Below the pieces are notes generated by a model, which had not been told where the DNA came from, did not search any database, and worked only from the letters and a program-made list of their open reading frames with translations. The translations under genes and the position numbers were made by a program. A DNA stretch of 24,387 nt from a virus (taxonomy: Duplodnaviria > Heunggongvirae > Uroviricota > Caudoviricetes), in IMG/VR virus record IMGVR_UViG_3300028591_000093, positions 144,765 through 169,151 of that record; one strand, 5' to 3'. Positions 1-10,425 of the stretch are shown piece by piece (the stretch's first letter is position 1; every line of letters begins with the position of its first letter).

Positions 1-2185
1 CACCATTTATAAGCTTTGTAAAGGCCTGTTTGTAGTTTTCAGAATTGCCAATGAATTCAAATCCTGCCATAATTGGAGTAGCAAACTTAGATAAAGTCTT
101 AACAACCTTACCAACTTTACCTACACCTCCAAACAGACCTACAACATCAAAAGCTAAGTTAACTCCCAAGTTACCAATGTCTCTCCATTGGAAACCGTCT
201 TCAGTAATATCAGCAACTAAGTTATTAACAGAAGAACCTACCCCAAGAACAGCTGAAGCAGCAGTGCCATAACCAGGAATCCAAGCAGCTACAATAGAAC
301 TTAAATCTGCAATAGCAGAACCAAGTCTTTGCCAGTCTTGTGCAGACCAACCATCCATACCTGGCATTCTGTTAGCAGCAGCTTCCTCTGTAATAGAGTT
401 TGCTTCACCAGCCCCAAAATAGCCAATTCTTGTCTTATCCCACTTACCATTACTTTGTTCACTGAGTGGAATTTTAGTACCTTTCTTGGCTGTAATTACA
501 CCACCTTCTTTTTTATTGTATATAGAATTGTGAGCTGTTCTAATAATATTTCTTAATTCAAGAATTTGTCCTTCAGTAAACTTAATATCTCCATTTCTAT
601 ACTTTTGATTTAACCAAGCACCAAGTGCATGAGCTTGTTGTTCACCGTTTTTAGCATTATACAAGTCAGAACCAGCAATTCTTTTAAGAGAATCCATGAA
701 TCTGTTGAAGTCTCCTGCATTATTAACAGTAAACATTCTATCCCAAGCTTTCACTAATTCAGGATTAGCTTCTCCAGTAAATAAAGTTTCATACTTTACT
801 TCATTTGGAAAATCTTCTGTACCAAGTTCATTATCTCCTTGAATTATATAATTAAAAGGAGTGTTTCCTAAGTTAAAGGCAACACTATTACCTTTTGTGT
901 CTTTGTAATATAATGGAGAATTGTTTTCCAATTCATAAGTTCCATAGAAGTTTTGGTTTCTTTTTCCTCCTAACATCCAGATAGGTTTAGTACTACCAAA
1001 TTGTCTACTAAAATCATAGAATCTCATGTCAGAAGGAGCTATCTTTGACCTATAGAACCCTGCTGCTTGTGCATCACTTATGTTATCTAAGAACAGGTTA
1101 ACATCATAATAAGGAACCAAATCAGATTGCTGTTGCTGAATTGCTTGAGTTCTAGTAGTTAAGAAGTTCTTTAAATTGTTATCTAAACCATACTTAACCT
1201 AGTCTTCTTGTGCATTTGTACCATAATGTAACTTACCACTTGGGTCTACATAATAGTAATTGTTGAATTGAGGGTCTCTATAATCATAGTTAATGTCACC
1301 CTTACCAATTTGAGTTTGGTCTGTTGTCCACCAAGCACCATCTCTAAACACCCAAGAGTTACCAAGATTACCAGAACCCCAAAGATTAGGAGTTGTAATC
1401 TTACCTGGTTTTACATTTCCTGGGCTTGCAGGACCACTTGGAGTAGTCGGGTCTGCTTCAGGGAACAATTGTTTAATCCATTCATTATCACCTCCAAGGT
1501 CTCTCCATAACTTCTTAGCATCTTTTCTGTTAGTTAAAGCTGCCATTCTATCTGCAAGAGTAGAAGCATCAAAACCATGAGGAGTAATAAAGTTCCACTT
1601 AGCTTTGTTCTCTTCAGAATTATCAGAGTTATATCTGTCAAGAGTTGCTTGAATTCTTCTATTCATAGCCTGAATTCTGGTAGCATCACTATTGTAATTG
1701 GTAGACATGTCACCAGTTTCATTCATAACAGAACTCCAATCCCAATCAATTACAGAAGAAGAGGTTCCTTTTGGAGTAGCTTTCTTCCCTTTATGTTGAT
1801 TATAACCAGCATATACATATCTGACAATCTGACCTGTCTCACTTTGAGAAGGATTGGTGTCACTATGATGTAATCTACCAAAGAAATTCTTATCAGGAAT
1901 TCTAGCACTTGCATTAGTTAGATGGAAGAAATCTCTATATTGACTATAATCATCTCCATCTAATGTGCCAAGTAAGTATTTCTTAGCATCATTTGTTACA
2001 TGAGCTGCATCTGCTGGTCTAAGTTTATAGGCAGAAGAATAGTTATTAACACCTGCTAAGATGTTCTCCCAATCTTGTTTTGTTTCAGCATCCAAACCAG
2101 CATATGCCTTATTGTAAGCCTGGTCCAAAGCAGATGGTTCTTGCTGTGCCTATCCTCCACCTTGTAATTTAGCAATTTGTGCCAT
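1..2185 (-). CDS. Large putative virion cargo/ejection protein with hydrophobic Gly/Ala-rich helices (3' end runs off the window; code 15)
   Basis: ATG at 2185 (MAQIAKLQGGG). The frame is open to base 1 apart from two in-frame TAGs (~2150 and 1199). Near the window edge it encodes DWQRLGSAIADLSSIVAAWIPGYGTAASAVLGVGSS...LGVNLAFDVVGLFGGVGKVGKVVK, which looks membrane-inserting. The cargo call is inferred from position after the tail genes. Confidence 0.7.
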
Positions 2186-2534
2186 ATTGTAATGTAAATT
2201 GTGATTTCTATTTAGTTATATTGCTTACTATATTGTAAACAGTTTTTCTTGTTAGATGTAGTACTTTGGAGGCTTCCTTCTTATTGTCAAAAAGTCTCAC
2301 AACACCGTTCTAATAGGTGCACTTAATTGTATATTGAGGAATCTCCCAGTACTTATCATCATCATTTACATATTTCCATCTATATCCTTTATAAGACTAT
2401 CTTCTACCAATGCAGACATCTCTAATAGATGTGGCATTATAGCCATGTTTAGAAGCCTCATAAGCAGACTCCCAAATCCTAACAACAGTCTCATTTTGTA
2501 ACTGATATACTGGTTTTTTTGGAATACCTCGCAT
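2169..2534 (-). CDS. Stand-alone tandem NUMOD1 (HTH) DNA-binding protein, 121 aa (code 15; absent from the ORF track)
   Basis: Hand translation: MRGIPKKPVYQLQNETVVRIWESAYEASKHGYNATSIRDVCIGRR(Q)SYKGYRWKY...VRLFDNKKEASKVLHLTRKTVYNIV...TNC-TAA. It has 3 in-frame TAGs and matches the typical NUMOD1 pattern KPVxQ...FxSxxEA...IxxxCxGxxxxxxGYxWKY. Confidence 0.8.
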
Positions 2535-2540
2535 AATATA

Positions 2541-2580
2541 AAAAATAAAAAAGGAGAGATTAGCCTTTCTAACCTCTCCT
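2541..2580 (-). terminator. Rho-independent terminator
   Basis: Minus strand AGGAGAGGTTAG-AAAGG-CTAATCTCTCCT followed by TTTTTATTTTT, starting 7 nt after the stop of the 83-aa gene. Confidence 0.85.
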
Positions 2581-2586
2581 CAAATC

Positions 2587-2838
2587 TCATTTCAGTCTGC
2601 CAGTAATCTTACCACCTTGTTTTTGGTAAACAGGACCTTGAGGAGCACCCTGAACAATTTGCATAATTACTTGTGCAAGTGCCATAGCACCTTCAGGACC
2701 AAGACTCTGTACAATCTCCATAGCCATTTGCTGCAATTGTTGCATTGCTTGCTCTTGTTCTGCTGGAGCTGGAGCTGCTGGAGCAGCAGGTGCTGCACCA
2801 CCCTCCTGAAATTTAAATTTTCTTGCTTCTTTTGCCAT
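2587..2838 (-). CDS. Small Ala/Gln/Met-rich protein, 83 aa, function unknown
   Basis: Clean ORF with AT-rich leader, upstream promoter motif and downstream terminator. No TAG. Carries KFQEGG and KQGG motifs at its two ends. Confidence 0.8.
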   Translation of the reverse strand: MAKEARKFKFQEGGAAPAAPAAPAPAEQEQAMQQLQQMAMEIVQSLGPEGAMALAQVIMQIVQGAPQGPVYQKQGGKITGRLK

Positions 2839-2871
2839 GATTTAATATATTAAATTGGTTTGTAAAATTTT

Positions 2872-2907
2872 GTGCAAAGGTACAAAAAAATCTAGTTAGA
2901 AAAAACC
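2872..2907 (-). promoter_or_regulatory. Bacteroidota-type sigma-A promoter (-7 TAnnTTTG)
   Basis: Intergenic minus-strand GGTTTTTTC-N16-TACCTTTGCAC, 34 nt upstream of the ATG at 2838. The same architecture occurs at 22182-22217. Confidence 0.75.
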
Positions 2908-2959
2908 AAAATTGTTAAATAATAATTTAAGCTTCTAGTTTGCAAATAAACTGTCTAAA

Positions 2960-3547
2960 TTATTCATCAACATATTGTGGAGGTCTTGCATCTTGGGCTT
3001 CAATCTCTTTGATTACTGCTCTACCAAGCCTCTTATAATCTTTTTCCTAATCTGATTTATATGCATGTAATGCACAAGCAATTAGTTTTCTAGTAGAGAC
3101 TCTGCTAAAGATTCTCTCACCACCATTTAATTGCATTTGAACATCCCCATCACTGTTAAGTACTAACAGCTTAGAAGATTTAACTTTTTCTTCTGCTTCC
3201 TTGTCTTCTTCAAATTCAAGTTCAAGGAAATCTCCTGGCTCAATGTCAGAGCAAGGGTTAACTTCTAATACATACATTACATTCTTTTCAAAGACAGGTG
3301 TCTCAGAATAAGGTTTCATAGTATGTACAGAAATAACCTCACACTCTTCATTGATAAAGATAATATCAAGAGGAATACCAGTATCTTCCATTGTATATCC
3401 AATCTCTTCTTGAGGTTCAGAATAAACAAACAGCATACCAGAATCTAAAGGTAAGTAAGTCTCTTGACTTAAACCCTCCTCTCTTTCCTCATCTGTAGAA
3501 GCAACCAAGACATTATATGTTTTGCCACCAATTCTTATCTACTTCAT
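2960..3547 (-). CDS. DUF192-family protein with C-terminal extension, 195 aa (code 15)
   Basis: MK(Q)IRIGGKTYNVLVASTDEEREEGLS...DSGMLFVY...MEDTGIPLDIIFI...YVLEVN fits the DUF192 signature. ATGA overlap with the upstream gene, 2 in-frame TAGs, ends in TAA at 2960. Confidence 0.85.
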
Positions 3548-5052
3548 TGTTTATCCTCCAACTCATTTACAAGACCAGTATTATCTTGAGTATTCTCCAT
3601 AATTTCTTTACAGAGTAACTTACCAGCATATACAAGATACTTGTCTTCTTTAGTCTCTTTATATTTATCTCTACAGTATTCTAGTTTCTTAGTAAGAGAT
3701 AAGTTCAGGATTAACTCATTCTCTTCAATTTCTGCATGTTGAATAATATCACCACCTTCTTTCTTAATTTCTTCAAGAGTTTGTGGTGTACCCTCAGTAG
3801 AAATAACTGGAATACCTTTCTTTGTTATGTCTTCAAGGTCTATATGATTTTTGTTCTTATGTAACGCTCCTTCTGGAATTACATTAGGTTCTTCACCAGT
3901 TTGTACTCCTTCAAGACTATGCTTCTTATCTTCAGCAAGTTTCTTTCTTCTAGCAATTACATAATCAGACATAGACTTTAATCTAGCACCATGCTTAGCT
4001 GCTAATATAGATGTATCAACACCACCTGCTAAAGCTAACTGATTTGCAAGCATTGTGTCATTAAGAGAAGCTTGTCTAGCCTTCTGTTCAAACTTAGCAT
4101 CTTCTACTAAGTTCTTGGCTTTCATTGCCATTTCAGCTTGTGCATTTCTTCTCTCGTTCTTTCTCTCTTGTGCTCCTCTTTGCCAACTTCTACCAGAAGA
4201 TTCTTCAAAGTGACCAAGATTAGAACCATAAGAGTTAGTATCAAGATTTACATGGAATCCTTCAACCTTTGAACCAAATGCTTTATCTGCAAAGTTAACT
4301 GCTTTTAAAGCAGCTGCTGCTGCCATAGCATATGGATTACCACTTGCCATAAGACCATTAGAAACAGTATCAACTCCAGCATCAATCATATTGGAAGTCT
4401 CATCCATTTTAAGGTCTTGTGTCATTAACTTATCAGCAACACCTACAACAGAATTAACAACAGAAGCAGCTTTCCCAACAACTTGACCAGCCTTTGCTGC
4501 TCTAGCAGCTCTTGCTTCAGCAGCCTTCTGTCCATCTGCATTTGCAGCATCAATCTATTCTTGGGTTAAGTTAGCAGAAATAGCTTCATCTTGTTGTATT
4601 GAGGAATTCAAAGATTCTAACTGTGAAACATCATCAGGAGTTGCAATACCTCTATCAACTTTTAATTGAAGCTCTGTTTGCTTTAACTTATTTTGTCCAA
4701 GTCTAGCTTGTGCTTCTTGATACTTAGTTGCTTGTAAGTCTTTAGCAGCATTATAAGCATTAGCATTAGCACTACTAGTAATTCTTCTCATATAAGCTTG
4801 ACTAGGAGTATACTAAGAAGAGCCAGCATAACCTGGAAACAATACATCCATAGTATTCATCAATGCACTGTTACCAGCAAACTGTGTACTAGGATACATT
4901 TGTCCAAAGCCTTGCTCACCAAGTGCAGTAGTACCAGGAGGAGTTGTAACTCCTACAACTCCTCCCTGAATATCAGCTGCTTGGCTCATTGAACTTATTT
5001 GAGCATCAGTAAAACCTAATTGTTGAAGACCAGCTATTTGTTCTTGTGTCAT
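3544..5052 (-). CDS. Putative virion cargo protein, 502 aa (code 15)
   Basis: Track ORFs 4813-5112, 4555-4791 and 3544-4425 share one frame and are separated only by TAG. ATG at 5052 directly follows the upstream TGA. Ala/Gln-rich helical N-terminal half; C-terminal NVIPEGALH...KKGIPVI...QHAEIE segment. Function is inferred. Confidence 0.7.
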
Positions 5053-5053
5053 A

Positions 5054-8000
5054 TCAAGCAAAACTATAATCAAATAAAGTAGTGACACCTTGTATGATGG
5101 CAAGGTTTTCACCTGAATATCTTACCTTTACTTTAAGGTATTTATCTCTAAGTCTAGCTTCTATTGGAGCTGTAAAATTAACATCTCCAGCAGTAATTAC
5201 CCAAGTATTTTCTGTGGGCTGTCTGAAGATTATTTCAGATTCAGAATTATCTGCAAGTACTGTCATTTCAACAATAGAGCAATTCTCACTAACTGAGAAG
5301 TAAATTTTGTTTAAACCTTTCTCAACAAATTGAGGTTCTTCTATATTGTCAAAATAAACATAACAGTCATTATTAGAAAGTATTTCAAAAGAGTACAGAA
5401 TACCTTTCTTAAACTTACCATATAACTTGAATGTAGTACTTGTAATACCTGTTAACTTCTTCAATTGCATAATATCTTCATCAACAGTAACTTCAGCTTG
5501 AGAAGATTCTTTTTCTCTTGCTTTAAATTTTTGTTGAGTATTATCCTTGAGTAAAACATAAGAGAATCTAACAGGTCTTAATTCTACTCTCCACAAATCT
5601 TCTAGATACTGCATATTACCAGCAGCTCTACCATATTTCTTAATATCAACACCAAGTTGTTCTGTATGAACTCTGTTCTCATGTAACTAGATGTCTTCTA
5701 TCAGACAAGTTTCAACACAGTTGTTAAGATATTCAAAGTCATTAGAACCTGTTCCCAAGGCTCTTTCTTTAATATCATTTTCAACTTGTGCTTTTTCAAA
5801 TTCTGTAAATTCAACAAAGTAAGGAATCTTTGGAAATTTATATGAAGCATCTTTACCAAACAATGCTGGGAAATCATCTTGTTTAAGAAGTTCACCATAA
5901 GTACTTTCTAAGACATACTTATACAAATACTTCAAGTTCTCTTCATAACTTCCTGGTAAAGTTTCAGCTTTACTATTTATCCACTCAATTACTTCTTTGT
6001 ACTCCCACCATTCATAAGACTCTCCAACTACTTCAAATTCAAACTTCTTAGGCTCTGCCTTATTTGAAAGAATCATAAGGTTGTTGAATATCTTTTGAAT
6101 TTGTGGGGATTCATTTACAATAAACTCAAAATTAAACTCATGCTGCTTACCATACCAGTTAGCAGGTTTAATCTTACCTTGATTATCATATAAACCTGCT
6201 TGACCATGTTTCCACAATTCCATGAAATCACTTGCAGTTCTTATTTCATAAGGCGCATGGTCTCCATCTGAAATTGGGTCAGATTCATCAGTAAGTTGAG
6301 TATAGTAATCAATTGTTTTTAATTTATTGTTAATCTTATTGTAAATTTCAAAGTCTTCCTTAATTTCTGTAAAGTGAGGTTCACAGAGTTCTAATTGCTC
6401 TGCTTGCTTACTTGCTATAGTAATGTAACTTCCTTTCTTCAAAGTACTATATTTGAAATATATACTGAAGAATCTCCAAGAATCGTCATTACTTGAGCCT
6501 TTTGCAATGTTATTTTGTACTTCAACGGTATCACCTTCAAATACAAAATCTTTCTTTTCATACTCACCATTCAGAACTAAATCTACATCATTTGTAGTTT
6601 TGATATAGAAGCTTAAACAAGCAATACTATCATCTGTAAGCCCCATATCTTTTAATGGCTCTGTAGAAGGTCTACTAGTACCAAGAACAACTACATATTT
6701 GTAATCAGTATCACTGTAAGTGTCACCTGCATCATCTACTTCATAGGTATATACATTGGTAAATCCAGTGTATGCCCCATCAATATTTGATTTCAGTTCT
6801 TGATAAGTACCTTCACCTTTTATTGCATTAGGATAAACCTATAAGATTGCATTATAAGGTGTAAAGCCATCATTAAGTTTTTGATTCAAACTATCTTGAA
6901 TCTTTAAGAATTTATCTCTATCAAAAGAGAAGAAAATATTATCAATATTCTGTGATAATACAGGATACCAATCATAGAAAGTAGTGAACTTTTGAGTTAC
7001 AAGATTGTAACACAAAGACCACTTAATATTTCTATCATTGTTATAGAAAGTAAAGATAACATCTCTCTTGAAAGCGTTATAGTGTGTAACAACATTCTTC
7101 TTTCCTAAATCTTCTTGCATGTCAAATTCTGACAAGTCTAAGTGGTCATTTAAGAATTTCTGTACTTTAAAGTCAGAGATACAAGTAAGTTCTCCATTAT
7201 AAAGCCAAATCTTCTTAGCAACTGTATCTACACCAAAGATACCAGATTCTGTCTTAATAACAGAGTCTTTCCACATAGAACCATACATGTCAGAAACAAC
7301 AACAGGAGTTTCAGGTAATACAGAATTAGAGCCAATATAAATTGGTCCACCTTCTGTAGCAGAAGTCATTGCTCTTTCATTTACTGTTAAGAAGAGGATA
7401 CCATGCTCACATACACAAACAATATTACCATTATAATCTACAATCTTGGTAATAGAACCATAAATCTTTGGATAATCTCTATAAGCACTTTCATAGATTA
7501 CTCTATAACCATTCTTAATAGAGTTATTTACAGATATTTCTGACCACCAAATTCTTGTATTATATTCTTCTTTGAAGAATGGTACATCAGGTAATTGTAA
7601 GTATTTCTTACTTGGTACTGAAATAGCACAAGCACCATTTATAACATCTGAATCTTGTTGTGTGCTATGTGCATCTAAGTTATTAGAGAATGGGAAGAAA
7701 TCTCTTTTCTTACCAAAAATAACTTCCTCTTCAGGATGATTATAATCAATGTCTCTTAATGACAAGTTGATAGAACAACAAACAGGGAATGTAATCCATG
7801 TACCAATTGGCACTGCATTAACATCAGCTCTGTTAATGTTAGACAAACCTCTTGTAACCCATTCTTCTTCCTTAACAGTACTGATGATAGAACCAAAGAT
7901 TTTCTTTAATGTTCCACCACTACTACTAGATTCCTAACTTTGTGGGTCAAGAGCCTTATAGTTACTGTTTTCTTGCATATCTCCATTTATATTAACAGAG

Positions 8001-10420
8001 AATGCTTGAACTACTTCATTAGCTCTTAACTTCTCACTGTCATCTTTTTCATAGAAAGTATCTGTACCACCTGAGTTAAATAAACTTAAGAAGTTATTAG
8101 CAGTTTGCTTTCTAGATAAAGTATTTCTAACAATGTAGTTTTCTGCCCAACACATTGGATTAACAACTTCTTGTACATTAGGTAATTCAGGGTCAGTGAA
8201 GTTTCTTTGTAATCTTGTAGTAACATTACAGATGAAACAGTCACCACCATAGAACACATCAGTATTGTTATCAATTGGTTGTCTTGTGCTAATAGAGTAG
8301 AATGGGGATAAGTCACTAAACCTTTGCAAGAACTGCAAATCATTAAAATCTTCTTTCTCAGAAGAAGGAACTTTAATGTTTAAAATTTGTCCTTGCTAAA
8401 AAGCATCAGATGTCATACCCACAAATGGTGTAAACAATCCTCTAACTTTATCAGAACTAGTTGTTAAATCTTGTGGAGCTGTTACCTTCCAGTCATGTTT
8501 AACATCCATACAAGTGTAAGCTTCTTCGGCAGTACCAGCTTTTGTTGAGAATAGCTCATCCTTAATCTTCTTTGCTGCTATATTTTCATCCATAAAGATT
8601 AAGTTAGTACTTGCCTTAGTGATTTGCTCACTAACAACACCTTGAGCTACAATCAAACTAGAAGTATTATATTGTAAGTTAGCTCTAGCAACTTGCTCAA
8701 GATAGTATGTACTACCATTAAACAATTGACCAAGAGTGTTTTTTCTTACAGCTGCTTCTGGTACAAGCATTGCTTTTGGAGAAGCCTTAATACCTGTAAT
8801 AGTTTTAGGATTATCACCTAATGTTCTACTTTGCTCTAAGAATCCTTTGCAAGACCCATAGAGACCACTCATCATTACTGGGATACCAGTCTTATCAACA
8901 TCTGCTTTTCCAATTACTAAACCTTGTGCAAGGATAGTAGGAATTCTTTTTTGTCTAACAATTCCATAACCTTTGACATTAAAATGATTCTTTAATATCT
9001 CAGATACTGATGCTGGAATGTTAAACTTAACACCTATAATAGTAGGCTGTAAGTTACCAACAGATACATTCAATTGATGAATATTTGCTTTAGGTAATCT
9101 TACAACACCTTTTGAATTTATAAAGTATTTCTTGTTGAAATAGAAATTATCTGGTTCAGGAATGCTTAGATTATTTACTGTAACATTTTGGTCTGATACA
9201 GAAAAACCTCCTAATTCATTTGCACCAGGATTATTATCTGGATTTGGAATAGTTTGTAAGTTGATACCTTGTATGTTAAATACAGGAGATACTTGACCAT
9301 TTTCAAAGATATAGTAAATGCCAAATCTATAAAATTCATCAGCCCAGTAACCAGTACTATAATATGTATTGTAAGTATTATAGTAAGCTCCTTTTGTAGT
9401 ATCATCCAAACTTCTTTCAAAGCTATAATCTTTCTCAATAACAGAACCAATCTTACCAGATTTTATATCTACACTAGGAGTAATTCTCCAAGACAAAGAT
9501 TGTAAATCATTATATCTGGTTCTATCTTGAGTAGTATTACCAAGGAATAATCTATTTTGTGATTGACAGATAGTCTTAGCAGTACCAATGTTAGCAAAGT
9601 CTTTTAAGAAATCTGCCTTATCTATTTCAACAATATCTTCAGAACCTGTAATAGTTATATCACAAGTTCCTTCTTTAATTGGGAATTTATAGTTAATACT
9701 ATGATATGAAGTATGAGCTACTTGTGTGTTATCAGAAGTACTTCTTTCAAAATACACTTTTACAAAGTTATATCCTGAATGAATATTAGACATGTTAAAC
9801 ACAACAGATTTATTAGAAATCTCATCTTGCATTCCCATTCTAATATAAGGAGTTCCTATATCTCCAATGAACAATTGTACCAGATTAGATTCTTGCACAA
9901 TCTCTGTTTCATTATCCTCATTATCAAGTAATGAGAAGTAGAAGAAATAAGAACCACACTTCAATGAACCTGTTTCTAATAATTTAACAAATTCTAGTTT
10001 AGGAATACCTTCATAAGAAGGAAGTAAAGCAGATTGCTGCTCAAACTTATCTTCTTCATAAAGATTCCTATCTTTCTCTCCTTTATGGTCAACTATTTCA
10101 TAAGTTTTACCTTCCTGGACAGAAAACCTAGAATTTATCAATTTAACTGAATTAACATCATCAGATAAAACAACATTAACACTTCCATCAAAGAAAGGTT
10201 GTATTTCCAACTCAACAGGAGTAGTCACTGGTTCATGTTGGAAATTAAGTTTATTTGTTGACATTTCAGTCAGTTTACCAGAATGTAAAATCAAGTTGTT
10301 AAACGGTGCATAGGAATCTGACAAGTTTCCCTGTAGATTCCTATTTGCCGCATATATTCTACTTTCTTCTTTATTAGAAGGGTTAAAAACAATATCTGGT
10401 TCTGTATTATATGCACTCAT
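5054..10420 (-). CDS. Tail stabilization/muzzle protein (P22 gp10-like, Crassvirales Tstab), 1788 aa (code 15)
   Basis: Five track ORFs (8396-10420, 7934-8338, 6839-7846, 5687-6646, 5054-5614) join in one frame through 4 TAGs and end in TGA. Beta-rich. Segments such as QNRLFLGN, DEFYRFGIYY...SPVFNI, GVDTVAKKIW and FTTFYDWYP resemble crAss-like muzzle proteins as I recall them. Confidence 0.7.
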
Positions 10421-10425
10421 AATTA

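Noticed and set aside
2366-2590. 74-aa minus-strand track ORF
   Set aside because: Spans a terminator and overlaps the NUMOD1 gene in another frame.
2921-2964. AT-rich inverted repeat AATAATTTA...TAAATTATT at the DUF192 stop
   Set aside because: Weak all-AT stem without a clear U-tract; could be chance.
4288-4297. TAACTTTGCA -7-like motif on the minus strand
   Set aside because: Inside a coding region and lacks the upstream box found at the two intergenic sites.
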